DNA of 62,439 bases from a virus (Duplodnaviria; Caudoviricetes): positions 1 through 62,439 of IMG/VR virus record IMGVR_UViG_3300006737_000032; one strand, given 5' to 3'. This document shows positions 37,509-47,815 of this stretch, piece after piece (the stretch's first letter is position 1; every line of letters begins with the position of its first letter). Position numbers and translations under genes: made by a program. The notes beneath the pieces are model-generated. The model saw nothing but the letters and a program-made list of their open reading frames with translations. It had not been told where the DNA came from and ran no database searches.

Positions 37509-38254
37509 AATCTAGCTGATTCTTGTACTGCGGCTTGACTAACAACCCCATCTCTGAGCCTGATGCCCACCAACTTAGCGATTTCCATAACAAGCTCATA
37601 GCTGTAATGCTCTGGCAGCATGAAGTCGATTGATTGTTCAGGAGAAAAAACCTCTAAGCCGTCAAACTCTTCTGTCGCGTAGAACGGCTTGTCGTCAACG
37701 TAGTTGGAGTTGAAGTCAATACCGCCTGGGCGTCGGTAGTATGTGATGTCTATGGATTCAATGCTTGATGGAAATACCTCGATTTCATCGGTAATCAAGG
37801 CTACAGGAAAATCGTCAGTAGGGGTAGACAGATTGCTACCCAAGATCTTACCCATCTTCTCTACGTCGTACACCAACTCAATGTTGGTTCTATCAAGCTC
37901 AAAAACACCAGACTCCTCCCCAGCACCTTTGCTAATTGAAATGAGTCTTGAGAAGTTTGATGGCTTCAAAAACACATTCCCTTGATTTGAGTCGGTCACG
38001 GTGTAGTTATGCTCTCTTGTTACAAACACAGAGAGGTCTTCTAGTGTGCGCTTTCGCATAGACTTGTCACGTCCTGGGTCCAGCCTTTGAACCTGTGCTT
38101 TCTTGGCCTCAAGAAGCTCTGAAAACAATTCGTTGTAGATGCTCAGCTGAGCAATGTATGCGAACCGATTGAACACGGCTGGAGTGATAAACCCCTTCTG
38201 TTCTTTGTTTGTCAGGTCCTTCAGAGTCCTGTATACCGTCTGTACACTAGCCAT
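37505..38254 (-). CDS. tail tubular/ring protein
   Basis: MASVQTVY..NKEQKGFITP..FN..AQL..F; Y.R.P and F.LP motifs. Confidence 0.65.
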   Translation of the reverse strand: MASVQTVYRTLKDLTNKEQKGFITPAVFNRFAYIAQLSIYNELFSELLEAKKAQVQRLDPGRDKSMRKRTLEDLSVFVTREHNYTVTDSNQGNVFLKPSNFSRLISISKGAGEESGVFELDRTNIELVYDVEKMGKILGSNLSTPTDDFPVALITDEIEVFPSSIESIDITYYRRPGGIDFNSNYVDDKPFYATEEFDGLEVFSPEQSIDFMLPEHYSYELVMEIAKLVGIRLRDGVVSQAAVQESARL

Positions 38255-38258
38255 ACCA

Positions 38259-38266
38259 CAAATATA
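38259..38266 (-). promoter_or_regulatory. Bacteroidota -7 promoter element TATATTTG
   Basis: Matches TAnnTTTG, 4 nt before ATG 38254, just after a terminator. Confidence 0.65.
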
Positions 38267-38267
38267 C

Positions 38268-38296
38268 AAAAACAAAAGAGGCCCCGAAGGGCCTCC
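38268..38296 (-). terminator. intrinsic terminator
   Basis: GAGGCCC-TTCG-GGGCCTC followed by a T-rich tract on the - strand. Confidence 0.75.
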
Positions 38297-38298
38297 TT

Positions 38299-39132
38299 TT
38301 ATGCTAGACGTTCAAGTCTTTCCTCTAGTGTGCTTAGCACCGAGGCCCCTTTTTCTGTCAGGCAGAATCGGGACATTACGTCCAATGGGTCCTGACCCAC
38401 AGGGACAGAGACAATCATTGAATTGCTGTCAAACCAGTTGACAGACTTAGAGCCAAGCTTGATAATCTGGTAGTCAGCGGCCTGCTGAATAACAGAACGA
38501 CACTTTACCTGAGGAGAGTCAAATGACTCCATAAACTCTTGCGTTTTGGTTTTGGCAACGCGCAGCAAATTGAATCTAATGTCAGATACAGAAGAGTTGA
38601 TATTGATGCCAAAGTACATGGCAACAGGCAACAACTCTTGAATGTCTTTGTCTCTTACCATGGAGATTGCATCTGTAAGAGCAAACTCCTTTTGGAGCTC
38701 TTGCTCTGCATCTCTTTTCTTGTCAACAAGTCTAAAGATGCTGCCGCCATTCGCTTGATTGAACGGGTGCTTCTCCATAAATACACGCAAGTTCGGAGCC
38801 GCCTTGGGGACAAACAGCCTACCATCGCGGAAGATAACAGACTGTCGAGTAGCGTTTTCTGATTGCTCATCGCGCCACACAGAAGGCTCGTTCGGGCAGT
38901 AGCGAAGCTCGCGTACAGTGTCTTTTTCTGCATCAAATACAGTGACGCCTTTTTGTGGCAACATAAAGACCACCCCAGAATTACGAATCAACTCGTACTC
39001 TGCGTTAGGGTTTACAAATTCCTTGCGCTTAATAGGCAAAGACTTCTTAGCCACTGGAGCTTGTGCAACATGCTCTTCCTTTGGCTTTTGTTGGGCTTTA
39101 GGCCGCCCAGGGCGCTTTTTGGTTTGTTCCAT
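38299..39132 (-). CDS. conserved phage protein
   Basis: 277-aa ORF; RELRYCPNEPS...IFRDGRL.VP. Confidence 0.7.
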   Translation of the reverse strand: MEQTKKRPGRPKAQQKPKEEHVAQAPVAKKSLPIKRKEFVNPNAEYELIRNSGVVFMLPQKGVTVFDAEKDTVRELRYCPNEPSVWRDEQSENATRQSVIFRDGRLFVPKAAPNLRVFMEKHPFNQANGGSIFRLVDKKRDAEQELQKEFALTDAISMVRDKDIQELLPVAMYFGININSSVSDIRFNLLRVAKTKTQEFMESFDSPQVKCRSVIQQAADYQIIKLGSKSVNWFDSNSMIVSVPVGQDPLDVMSRFCLTEKGASVLSTLEERLERLA

Positions 39133-39146
39133 GATATTGAATTGAG

Positions 39147-40382
39147 TTATGGTGTATATTTATTTGCGAGGGCTCTGGCAAGAGAGGCGGCTGACGAAGC
39201 CCCAATGTCTCTTTCAATAACCCCAAATCGAGCAACGTTACCAACGAACTTATCGCCGAGGCCGTTGCCTAGGTATTTGATCAATAAGTTCCCGTCAGTT
39301 CTTGCGTTGGCCCCTTCAGTGTTTGCGTTTACGAAGGCATCAAGATCCCCATCGTTTGTATGGAAAAACAAATTGTTCGAAGTATCTCTTCTGATAACAA
39401 ACACATATGCTGTTCTTCTAATTTCTGACGGAAGATGAGAGTCTATAATTGGATTTGGTGTCCCTGCAACCACTGATTCACCTCTCTCGTTAGCAAATTT
39501 CAGAACGTAAGCACCATTGTTGAACGCATCCGCAAATGCAAGAGTCAAACCCTGACCAGAAGTGGCGCTTCCCTGAACCAAGGGGCCAAGCTTAGGTAAG
39601 TCGTCGATGTCTGAGGTGCTTTTTCCGATAACAGCAAACATTGTAAAGTCACCAGACCTCACGTAGTTGTTTGCAAGTTGAACGTTATTTACTCCAGCAA
39701 AATCAGCTGCAGCAGTGGCCAATCCGTTGTTAGCTCTGCCTGTTGAATCATCAAAGTTCAGCGTGCCGCTAATAGCGGACACGTTGTATGTGCTGCCTCC
39801 AGAGCCACTATTTGTCCATGCGTTTACGTTGCCGCCTGACTCACCCAGACCTGTTTCGTTAAGGTCAATTACTGGCTTGTTGTCAGCTCCAAAGTCGATT
39901 CCTGCAATGACGTTGCCAGTTCCGAAGGCTGTTCCTGCGGTTCCGCCAATGAATGTGTTTCTGCTTGCGTCCCCCGTAGATCTTACAACAGGAAGCTCTC
40001 TAACCTCTGAGGTCACATCAGAAAAAGACTCAAGCTTGACATTCTTGACATTGCTGCTACCAACAGCATCAAACTTCATGACGCTCTGCTTGGAGCCTGA
40101 AGAGTAAACAAAAGACATGATGTCGCCAATCAAAGCTTCTTCCTTGCCCTCTTCGCACGATACTGTTACAGATGTTTTTCTAAACGATTCTCCGTCTAGG
40201 AGGTTGCTCTCTTCGTAGATCGTGGCGTCGTTGAATACGATGCCCACCTTTCCAACTGATGCAGAGATAAAGCCTATTCTGTCAGCGGGTACAGCAAATA
40301 AGTCAAGACCCTCGCCACTATCAGACGTCAGGGTGCTGGAAGCATTGAGCTCTCGGCGCTTGAACAGGAAAAACTTTTTCAT
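39147..40382 (-). CDS. structural protein with ConA/LamG-like C-terminus
   Basis: 411-aa Gly/Ser-rich beta protein with its own promoter. Confidence 0.6.
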   Translation of the reverse strand: MKKFFLFKRRELNASSTLTSDSGEGLDLFAVPADRIGFISASVGKVGIVFNDATIYEESNLLDGESFRKTSVTVSCEEGKEEALIGDIMSFVYSSGSKQSVMKFDAVGSSNVKNVKLESFSDVTSEVRELPVVRSTGDASRNTFIGGTAGTAFGTGNVIAGIDFGADNKPVIDLNETGLGESGGNVNAWTNSGSGGSTYNVSAISGTLNFDDSTGRANNGLATAAADFAGVNNVQLANNYVRSGDFTMFAVIGKSTSDIDDLPKLGPLVQGSATSGQGLTLAFADAFNNGAYVLKFANERGESVVAGTPNPIIDSHLPSEIRRTAYVFVIRRDTSNNLFFHTNDGDLDAFVNANTEGANARTDGNLLIKYLGNGLGDKFVGNVARFGVIERDIGASSAASLARALANKYTP

Positions 40383-40398
40383 TGCATTAAAGGTATTG

Positions 40399-40406
40399 CA
40401 AATATA
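40399..40406 (-). promoter_or_regulatory. Bacteroidota -7 promoter element TATATTTG
   Basis: TAnnTTTG immediately downstream of a terminator. Confidence 0.6.
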
Positions 40407-40409
40407 GTG

Positions 40410-40437
40410 AAAAAGAAAAAGGCCCCGTAGGGCCTTT
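40410..40437 (-). terminator. intrinsic terminator
   Basis: AAAGGCCC-TACG-GGGCCTTT plus T-tract on the - strand. Confidence 0.75.
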
Positions 40438-40457
40438 CTCGTAGCGTGTATCTCAGA

Positions 40458-40958
40458 TTAGAGCTGATCGTCACCAAATGGTGTAACGGTGTTTCCTGAT
40501 CCAACCAGTGCCACTTGTGCAACCCAGCACTTAGCGGCATTTGAGTCAGAAATGCCCCAAACATTGATAGTAGAACCAACGTGTCCACCAGTAGTAGTTC
40601 CATTCATGGTGATGTGGTCATTCTCTCCATCAGTAGCTGCAGAAACATCATCCAGCTGATCAGCAGTAGTATTTACAACAATACCACCACCCAAGAAACC
40701 AGCAGCATCCGTTGCCGTTTTAACGACGTGATCTGCAGTAGCAGTCACAGCCGTAATAAACGTGAAGTGAAGGCCCTTTTGAGGAGTTGGAAGAGTAAAT
40801 GAAGAAGCGCCAGCTGCATCAAAGACGCATACAGCACCAGATTGATTGGCAGTGAGCGTTACATCAGTTCCGCCGTTCAAAACGACAGCACCCTGGTATG
40901 CCCCCTTAATGTTGTTAGCTACAACGTTTTTCGCTTGCAGCTTATCAAAGTGTCCCAT
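40458..40958 (-). CDS. auxiliary capsid/decoration-like protein
   Basis: TLTANQSGAV..FTLPTP..GLHFTF beta-rich motif. Confidence 0.55.
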   Translation of the reverse strand: MGHFDKLQAKNVVANNIKGAYQGAVVLNGGTDVTLTANQSGAVCVFDAAGASSFTLPTPQKGLHFTFITAVTATADHVVKTATDAAGFLGGGIVVNTTADQLDDVSAATDGENDHITMNGTTTGGHVGSTINVWGISDSNAAKCWVAQVALVGSGNTVTPFGDDQL

Positions 40959-40984
40959 AATTATAGGTTTTTTTCGTGTTTGTT

Positions 40985-41020
40985 AAAAGAAAAAGCAAAG
41001 GGGGCCGAAGCCCCATTCGC
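40985..41020 (-). terminator. intrinsic terminator after the capsid genes
   Basis: GGGGC-TTCG-GCCCC plus T-tract on the - strand. Confidence 0.7.
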
Positions 41021-41028
41021 ATTAGTCA

Positions 41029-41496
41029 TCAAAATTGTCTGAAAGTAACGTGAACTTCCACTTCGTTTTTGCCAGCTCCAGTCGTAACTTCTGCAGCGCC
41101 AGTAACGAATCTTCCAAACAATGTTCTGTCATCAGTTGTAACTGCAGCTGCGTTGCCATAAGAAGCAACAGCATCAGAGTTTACGCCATCAACAATGTCG
41201 CAGACTTTAACAACTCCAGCATTCACTGTAGTGTTATCGCCTCCGCTAAGGTAGTTGACGTTTGCAACAACTTGTTGACCCGTGTGATCATTACCTGTTC
41301 CAAGGTTGAAAGCAATGTTGACGGCACTACCTACGGTAACGTCGCCCACAGTTCTAATCAACACAGACTCGATGATGCTGTTAGCAGGCTGTTCCAGGGC
41401 GAACTTCGTAGTTGCGCCATTAGAAAAAGCATCTGCAATACGCACCTGTCTTGAAACAGTAATAGATCCAGGTACTTGGTGTCTTACTCTAGCCAT
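41029..41496 (-). CDS. auxiliary capsid protein candidate
   Basis: 155-aa beta-rich ORF directly after the major capsid gene. Confidence 0.55.
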   Translation of the reverse strand: MARVRHQVPGSITVSRQVRIADAFSNGATTKFALEQPANSIIESVLIRTVGDVTVGSAVNIAFNLGTGNDHTGQQVVANVNYLSGGDNTTVNAGVVKVCDIVDGVNSDAVASYGNAAAVTTDDRTLFGRFVTGAAEVTTGAGKNEVEVHVTFRQF

Positions 41497-41532
41497 AATG
41501 ATTTAGGTTTTAATAGTTAAACAATAAGACTA

Positions 41533-42984
41533 TTAACCCTTGATCATTACGTGCTGGTTTGCAGCGCGAACGCAGAGGCCAATTTCAGAACGGTAGTGGA
41601 ACGCAGCCTGGTCAGTACCAGCATCGCCGTTGTTGGTGTGACCCAACACGCCGCCACCAGTCACCCAGTGCTCCATTTCACGAGAGTATCCATTTGCTTC
41701 CTTGTAGAACATGGAGAGAGCAGGAACGTTGATACCTGAACGAGCGTCAGTAACGTTCATCAAAGGCACCATAGCGCCCTGCAAGAAGTTACCAGCACCC
41801 AACAAGGTTGGATCGTTCAACAGCTTCCAGTCATGCTTGTGGAAAGAGTAACCTCCACGAGTGAATGACTTAAAGCCGAGCTTCACTGCCATGTCAGCGT
41901 CGTTCTGGAATGCACCGAACTGAGCTGGCAAACCAGCAGTCACTCCAGTTGCGATACCAGCTGCGAGCATGTCGTCAATAGCCAAAGACTGCTTTCTGTT
42001 CAAGTACATAGCGTACTCAGAAGGTGCGCCCTGCTTGTCGAGCTCCAAGATCAAGTCGTCAAACTCAGCAAAGCTATCCATTGGGTTAGCATTGGCGTTT
42101 TGAACAACGATACCTCTGTCTTCGATAGCTGAGAAGTAACCTTCAGAACCAGCCATCTCGTCGTCGAGGTTGGTTCCAGCTGTTGATGAATCAGAAGGCT
42201 CGTTTCTCTTCTGTCCGAAGAGCAACATCAGCTCTCTCTGATCTTCAAACTTAGCGCGAGCTTCTTGCTCACCCTTCATGAACCAGCGGTATTCGCCACC
42301 ACCAATGTTCACCCAGCCGATGTTAGTCGCCTGCGATCCGTTGACTTCGTAACGACCCTTAACGATCATGTAAGAGTTGCTGTACTTGCGAACCCCGATG
42401 TCATCGTATGCAGTTGGCTGGTTGGTGCCTTGTGCGTACATGTTACCGAGCTTGATCAAAGTACCGCCAGCAGAAGCGTCGATATCAGTATCTTCAACAG
42501 CAGCTGAGTCGTCGAGCTTAACCATAACAACTTGCGTTGCATCGCCGCTGCCTGAACCGCCAGACTTAACGATGAAGCGAGCACCAGTTGCTGCGTCCAT
42601 CAAAACGTCGTTAGCCTGAACATTAGAGGCAACGTCAGAGTTGGCAGTAGCGTCGATGCTTACGCTTACGCCAGAACCAGCAATAGTGGTGTCAGCAGCT
42701 GCGTAGGTCAACTTAGCGTGACGACGACCCAATTCCCACCAGTCGAACTGGTCAGAGGTGCCGCCTGCGTTGATAGCTCCAGTGAGCTTCAAGAAACCAG
42801 TGATACCCTGGTCGCCGTAAGTCTCAACCAAGTCAGGAAGGACGTGGTCCTTCGTGGTCTTGATCAAAGAATCAATAGTTGTGTATGTCTCGGGTGTAAT
42901 CCGAAACGATGGTCTGAGTCCAGCTGCGTTTGCTGCTACGCTAGTAGCATCCACTGCTGGCTGACCTGAAAGAATATTAGCCAT
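41533..42984 (-). CDS. major capsid protein
   Basis: 483 aa, downstream of scaffold; W.ELGRRH, VNGSQATNIGWV, GF.SFTRG.YSF.K.DWK.LNDP motifs; strong codon bias. Confidence 0.85.
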   Translation of the reverse strand: MANILSGQPAVDATSVAANAAGLRPSFRITPETYTTIDSLIKTTKDHVLPDLVETYGDQGITGFLKLTGAINAGGTSDQFDWWELGRRHAKLTYAAADTTIAGSGVSVSIDATANSDVASNVQANDVLMDAATGARFIVKSGGSGSGDATQVVMVKLDDSAAVEDTDIDASAGGTLIKLGNMYAQGTNQPTAYDDIGVRKYSNSYMIVKGRYEVNGSQATNIGWVNIGGGEYRWFMKGEQEARAKFEDQRELMLLFGQKRNEPSDSSTAGTNLDDEMAGSEGYFSAIEDRGIVVQNANANPMDSFAEFDDLILELDKQGAPSEYAMYLNRKQSLAIDDMLAAGIATGVTAGLPAQFGAFQNDADMAVKLGFKSFTRGGYSFHKHDWKLLNDPTLLGAGNFLQGAMVPLMNVTDARSGINVPALSMFYKEANGYSREMEHWVTGGGVLGHTNNGDAGTDQAAFHYRSEIGLCVRAANQHVMIKG

Positions 42985-42996
42985 AATTTTTTATTC

Positions 42997-44130
42997 TTAG
43001 ATGTTAAAAACTGTTTTGGATTTACCTCCACGCAACAGCGATCTTACTTGCTGTGCGAGAGGGTTTTCCTCATTCATGTTTTGAGCACTTGATGGAGTCG
43101 TGTTCGTTGACACATTAGCAGCATTGCTAACGATAGTCTTCTGCCCATCACCCAAGCCTTGGCGGTATGCCGAGGAAACGATTGTGTCAATGTTATCAAT
43201 GACAGCGAGGTGAGAGTTCAGCTTATCGTAGTCCCAGTTGCCCTGGCCATCGACATACGAGTCAAAGAAGTTCTCAATGTTGTTGGTTCTACCCTTGAGC
43301 TGACCTCTGTATTCGTCATTGATGCCGAACATAAAGGTCTTATCGTTCCCTAAATCAAACTCCAAACCTTGCAGGGCGTCCGTTTCGGTTGCCATAGATT
43401 GGTAGAAGCCATCATCAAAGCGCGATGCTTGTTGGGTAGAGGGGGTTTGAACAGCCTCTGGTGTTTTGAACTTGTCTCGGATAGTTTCGATTTCTCTCCG
43501 AGCGTCGGTTGCATCAACCTTCAGCTGAATCATGGATGCTCGAACTGTTGCGTCATCATGGACGTTAGAGTCGAGCTTGTATCTGCTTTCAAAAAGCGTG
43601 TTAACCTCGTCGTATGACAAGTTTGGATACTGCTGTGAGTATTGAACTCGCATCGCTGTCACATCGTCCATTTCGGTCGTGTTCATAGACTGATACGTAA
43701 ACCAATCCTCTGGCTTGCGGCCTGTTTCGGCAACAAAGTCAGCAATAGCCTGCACGCGATCGTCGATTGCAGGTTGTTGTGCTTGAGTGAAATAGTCAAA
43801 CGATTCAATGTCTTTTCCGAGCCTTTCGCTCATGAACGTTAGAACCGCAGCTTCGATTTCCTCGTCGCTATAATCTTCTTCTTGTTGTTGCACCGCCTCT
43901 TGAACTGGCTGTTCTGCTTGGGGCTGTGCTTCTGTAATTTGTTCGAGCGTAGATGGCTCCTCTGCAGGGGCTGGCTCTGGGTCCACGTATGGGGTTTCCG
44001 CAGGCTGTTCTGGCTGAGCTTCTACTTGTGGTGCAGAGTCTTGTTGCATGCTGGCAGCAAGCTGCTCTGGCGTGTCAAAGATCTCTGCTTTCTCGAACGA
44101 TTCTTCTTGGAGGTGAATTGTGTTTTCCAT
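42997..44130 (-). CDS. scaffolding protein
   Basis: Acidic Pro/Glu/Gln-rich N-terminus, AYRQG..D near the C-terminus, immediately upstream of MCP. Confidence 0.7.
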   Translation of the reverse strand: MENTIHLQEESFEKAEIFDTPEQLAASMQQDSAPQVEAQPEQPAETPYVDPEPAPAEEPSTLEQITEAQPQAEQPVQEAVQQQEEDYSDEEIEAAVLTFMSERLGKDIESFDYFTQAQQPAIDDRVQAIADFVAETGRKPEDWFTYQSMNTTEMDDVTAMRVQYSQQYPNLSYDEVNTLFESRYKLDSNVHDDATVRASMIQLKVDATDARREIETIRDKFKTPEAVQTPSTQQASRFDDGFYQSMATETDALQGLEFDLGNDKTFMFGINDEYRGQLKGRTNNIENFFDSYVDGQGNWDYDKLNSHLAVIDNIDTIVSSAYRQGLGDGQKTIVSNAANVSTNTTPSSAQNMNEENPLAQQVRSLLRGGKSKTVFNI

Positions 44131-44150
44131 TGTATTGAATTATTGTTTTA

Positions 44151-44522
44151 TTACATATAGGCGATTACTGTATCGTTCGCGCCCGTAGCAACCTCTGTAA
44201 ATCTGCCATAGATGGTAGTTCCAGCAGGAACATTGATTGCGACTGCGACGGTTGGGATAAACTCGTATATACCAGCACTGTGAGTGCCATTAAGGTTGAC
44301 ACCTGTTTTTTCGTCGGCAGGAGTCTCTTGATTCGCCAAGTACGTAGACCCATCAGATGCGTCGTTTTGATCAAGTCCCTGTGAAATACCACCCTTTACA
44401 CTAATTGTATCGGTGGCAGTGTCGAGCGACAAAACGGTAATCGCCCTGAAAAATTGATTTTCTGGAGCCGATACCGTAGTAGCCCCTGTAATAAGAACTG
44501 GCTTTAGATTTCTTTCTAGCAT
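44151..44522 (-). CDS. small structural protein
   Basis: VPAGTTIYGRFTEV..G..VIAY. Confidence 0.6.
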   Translation of the reverse strand: MLERNLKPVLITGATTVSAPENQFFRAITVLSLDTATDTISVKGGISQGLDQNDASDGSTYLANQETPADEKTGVNLNGTHSAGIYEFIPTVAVAINVPAGTTIYGRFTEVATGANDTVIAYM

Positions 44523-44533
44523 TGCTCTAAGTA

Positions 44534-44941
44534 TTATGCAAGTGTGACTGCTGAGTTGTCCAAACCGAACACTCCGTATTCAATCATGGTGTTGACCTTG
44601 GTGGCAATGCATTGATATGTCTTGTCTACTGCAACAGGAATAAATGCAAACTCGCCACCGCCAATCTTAGCAACAAGCGCTGTATTGGATTCGGTTTCGT
44701 TTCTCACCGTGATGTAATTCTCTTTCTCTGGGTCCAGATTCTGGATGTAGAGATAGGCGCTTTCAAGCTTGTCGTTAGCCTTGTAAATAACAAGGTCGTC
44801 TGTATCAGCAGCCGTACCCTTTACTTTGGCGCGTACAATACTGCCAGAGTCAGCCAACAAATTAGCAGCCACATTAAGGCTGACTGCAGTTGACATGACA
44901 TCAGCACTTGAGAGCCCCAATGTGACTCTTACCGTTGCCAT
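44534..44941 (-). CDS. small structural protein (paralogue of 44941-45342)
   Basis: Shared MAT..TL.LSS.D, YI.N and GG.F.FIP motifs. Confidence 0.65.
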   Translation of the reverse strand: MATVRVTLGLSSADVMSTAVSLNVAANLLADSGSIVRAKVKGTAADTDDLVIYKANDKLESAYLYIQNLDPEKENYITVRNETESNTALVAKIGGGEFAFIPVAVDKTYQCIATKVNTMIEYGVFGLDNSAVTLA

Positions 44942-45342
44942 TATGCTTCGTAAATAACGAGGAACTCAACAGTCATATTGACATCAGACGTGTCAATATC
45001 AATGTCATTTTCACCGTCGTAAGGAATGAACATAAAGTCACCGCCATAAAGGAAGCCAAGAGAAAGGTTAGACGCTCCAAGTTCAACCTTAACAAACTCA
45101 GAGTTGCTGGTTGAGGTGTTTTTGATGTAAACCTTGTGAGCCTTTCCTGCAGTGTAATCTGCAGCAGCGATCAGAGTTGTATTAGCCTGAGCGCTAGCGA
45201 AGAACTTACGAGCGACGCCTGTGGTTTGATCCAAACCAGAAGCAGAATTAGCCTTAGTCAACGTTGCCGTCGTGCTAAGTGACAAAGCATCTCCAGTCAA
45301 ATCAGAGCTGGAAATGGTAATTGTTGCAGTAGTAGTAGCCAT
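44941..45342 (-). CDS. small structural protein
   Basis: KVYIKNTS..LYGGDFMFIPY; own promoter. Confidence 0.65.
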   Translation of the reverse strand: MATTTATITISSSDLTGDALSLSTTATLTKANSASGLDQTTGVARKFFASAQANTTLIAAADYTAGKAHKVYIKNTSTSNSEFVKVELGASNLSLGFLYGGDFMFIPYDGENDIDIDTSDVNMTVEFLVIYEA

Positions 45343-45363
45343 TTTGAGTTAGTGTTGTTTTTG

Positions 45364-45371
45364 CAAATATA
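45364..45371 (-). promoter_or_regulatory. Bacteroidota -7 promoter element TATATTTG
   Basis: TAnnTTTG in a short intergenic gap followed by an A-rich leader. Confidence 0.6.
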
Positions 45372-45372
45372 A

Positions 45373-46035
45373 TCAATCAACAGTATTTATTTTGCCGATG
45401 CTTGCTGTAGCAACCGTATTGACTTTTGCAATGCTTCCAGAGGCTACACCGTTAACCTTGTGACCGTATCCAGTAGCGGCCAAAGTGTAGTCTAGAGTTA
45501 TCGTAGTGCTGAAATCTATCGAAATGTCCTCAGTAGCATTTGTGTCTGTATTCTGAAAATCAGAATCATGCATAATCACAGCTACTGTAAAGTCATTGTT
45601 ATTCTGAATATCAGACAGAGCCGCTGATGTTAGGGTATACTCGTTGTTTGATGTGGACCACGTAGTGAGCTCTGTAGAGTAGGCGGTGCTGTAGTCCAAA
45701 GAGCTAAACATGTCTGAAGTAGAAATGGCTGTACCTCCATCCCCACCAAAGGCTGTGCTTTTCACGAGAATCGTGTCGTTTGGATCTGGCTGATTAGAAC
45801 TTCCCCCCTGTATGTCAATATGGGCTGCTGTTACAGTCCCTGTGATGCTGCTTGTATCAAAATGAATGAAAGCTCTAGTGAATCTATGAGCGCCCCTACC
45901 AACAAAAAACTGCACAGAGAGATCTCCAGTTGGCCCATCAGTAGCAGTGCCTGAATCAGAAGTTCTGGCTGTACTAAAGTTTGAGTTTGTAACACCCACA
46001 ATACGGCCTACTCTGTTTGCGTTTATCGTAGGCAT
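45373..46035 (-). CDS. tail fibre-associated protein
   Basis: RAFIHFDTSSI; C-terminal repeated IAKVN.V. Confidence 0.6.
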   Translation of the reverse strand: MPTINANRVGRIVGVTNSNFSTARTSDSGTATDGPTGDLSVQFFVGRGAHRFTRAFIHFDTSSITGTVTAAHIDIQGGSSNQPDPNDTILVKSTAFGGDGGTAISTSDMFSSLDYSTAYSTELTTWSTSNNEYTLTSAALSDIQNNNDFTVAVIMHDSDFQNTDTNATEDISIDFSTTITLDYTLAATGYGHKVNGVASGSIAKVNTVATASIGKINTVD

Positions 46036-47357
46036 TATGCAGTGACCTCTACAAAGGTTTTGTCTGGATCAAAGTATATCACTCTAGTAGTAGCATTTAC
46101 ACAATACCCAATCACCCTAACAATGTCGCCATTTCCTGAAGGGGCAGTATTTGTTATCTCTCCAGTCGTAGTGCTCACATAAACAATCTGACCCGTTGTT
46201 AACCCAGAAAAGCTAGTGTGCCTAGCAAATCCACGGACAAGGAATCTAGTAGTATCATCAGCTACAGCTATCCCTATCATTCCGCTAGACGTTGAAGCTG
46301 CATTAGCGTCTGTCTCTTCCCACTGCTGACTAGAGTCCAAGTAATACAGCTTACCCTGCTCAATGTTACCATCAATCCCACTGGGACCGCTTCCAAAGGT
46401 AACAGCCTCTCCGTGATATTGGTCCGCAGTATCTGGGAAAGAAAATACTTCAACTCCAGTAACAACAAGATTATTACCGTCAAAGGTCAAGTTGCTTTCA
46501 GCAGATATGGCGTTTGTGCCATCTCCCGTAAGCAAAGAGTTAGCCGATAAACTAGTTGCCCCTGTGCCACCTTTAGATACGGGGACAGTATTAGAAAGCG
46601 TATTCCCAGCAGCAGTAATTGTAATAGGTGCCGTGCCGTCAAAGTCTACTCCGTTGATTGCTCTTGCTGTTGCAAGTGCTGTAGCTGTTGCAGCATTGCC
46701 AGTAGTGCTTTGGTTAAGGGTGGGAACATTGTTTGCATGTATTGTGCCAGCACCATCAGATGTAAGGTCTACGGGTATGGCATCAACTTCAAGGTCAATC
46801 GTTCCGTCATCATCTTGATACGTGGCAGAGATTCGTGTCTCCGTGTTGCCAGAAAACATACCGCCTACAATATCCTGAACCTGCTCGGTGCTTAGCTGAG
46901 TGTTTGTATCAGCAGAAGCTATCGTAACTGTGTCGCTTGATGCGTTTGTTGTAATAGTTACGTTAGACCCAGCGGCAAGAGTGAGGGTGTCATCCACTCC
47001 ATCAGCAACCACATTGTCCTGACCAGATACAGCCAGTGTGGTAAAGGCATTGGGTGAGGTACCATCAGATCCAGCTGGACCTTGAGGCCCTGTAGCGCCC
47101 TGAGGACCCGTGGAGCCTTGAGGCCCCGTAGAACCTGTTGGACCTTGCGGTCCTGTGGCTCCTGTTGCGCCCGTAGCTCCTGTAGCACCCGTAGCACCAG
47201 TATCTCCTTTTGGACCCTTGTTAGTAACTATAATCTGACTCGCTTCTTTTTCAGATACAGATACAGAGGTTGATGTCGATGTAAAAGAAACAGAAGTCCC
47301 TCCGTTTACAGATACAGAAACTGAATTACCAGCTGTTGTAGTAACGCTTACAGACAT
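46035..47357 (-). CDS. tail fibre protein with collagen-like repeat
   Basis: G-X-Y run [12 protein letters not shown]..; [13 protein letters not shown] and VSKGGTG fibre motifs. Confidence 0.8.
   Translation of the reverse strand: MSVSVTTTAGNSVSVSVNGGTSVSFTSTSTSVSVSEKEASQIIVTNKGPKGDTGATGATGATGATGATGPQGPTGSTGPQGSTGPQGATGPQGPAGSDGTSPNAFTTLAVSGQDNVVADGVDDTLTLAAGSNVTITTNASSDTVTIASADTNTQLSTEQVQDIVGGMFSGNTETRISATYQDDDGTIDLEVDAIPVDLTSDGAGTIHANNVPTLNQSTTGNAATATALATARAINGVDFDGTAPITITAAGNTLSNTVPVSKGGTGATSLSANSLLTGDGTNAISAESNLTFDGNNLVVTGVEVFSFPDTADQYHGEAVTFGSGPSGIDGNIEQGKLYYLDSSQQWEETDANAASTSSGMIGIAVADDTTRFLVRGFARHTSFSGLTTGQIVYVSTTTGEITNTAPSGNGDIVRVIGYCVNATTRVIYFDPDKTFVEVTA
47072..47219 (-). repeat. 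collagen-like G-X-Y coding repeat
   Basis: Imperfect 9-nt repeats encoding GAT/GPQ triplets; boundaries approximate. Confidence 0.8.
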
Positions 47358-47815
47358 CAGAAGAACTCAGATACATCGGGGTTTACAACAAACGATCCTT
47401 TAAGAACTGTTGTGTGGGCGTCCAACCCGCTGGAGCTAGGCTTTATGTGTTGAAAGTCATACGTGTAAGAGCCTGCTTTGATCTTGCTCATAACTTCTGC
47501 AGAAGCTTCAATAGTTACCTGACCGCTGTCATTGGCTACAGGCTCTTCAAACAAAAAGTTGGTTGTCTTTTGTCCTGACTTTGCTTTAGCTGCTGCTGGG
47601 GTGGCCAAAATGATTTCATCTCTTGTCTTGCCAGATCTCTTGTCGCCAAATGGCACTCTGTTCTTTACCTGCATAACAAAGACGTAATTGTCCGTTGCCA
47701 GAGTTAGAGCTGTTCCAGCGGAGTCTTTTAGAGTTAGCGTCATAGAAAACGTGTCACCTTTTTTGCAGGTGATATTCAATACCTCCGTGACGTCAAAATT
47801 TACCGACTGTGCCAT
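47357..47815 (-). CDS. Ig-like/BppU-like fibre adaptor protein
   Basis: [25 protein letters not shown]. Confidence 0.6.
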   Translation of the reverse strand: MAQSVNFDVTEVLNITCKKGDTFSMTLTLKDSAGTALTLATDNYVFVMQVKNRVPFGDKRSGKTRDEIILATPAAAKAKSGQKTTNFLFEEPVANDSGQVTIEASAEVMSKIKAGSYTYDFQHIKPSSSGLDAHTTVLKGSFVVNPDVSEFF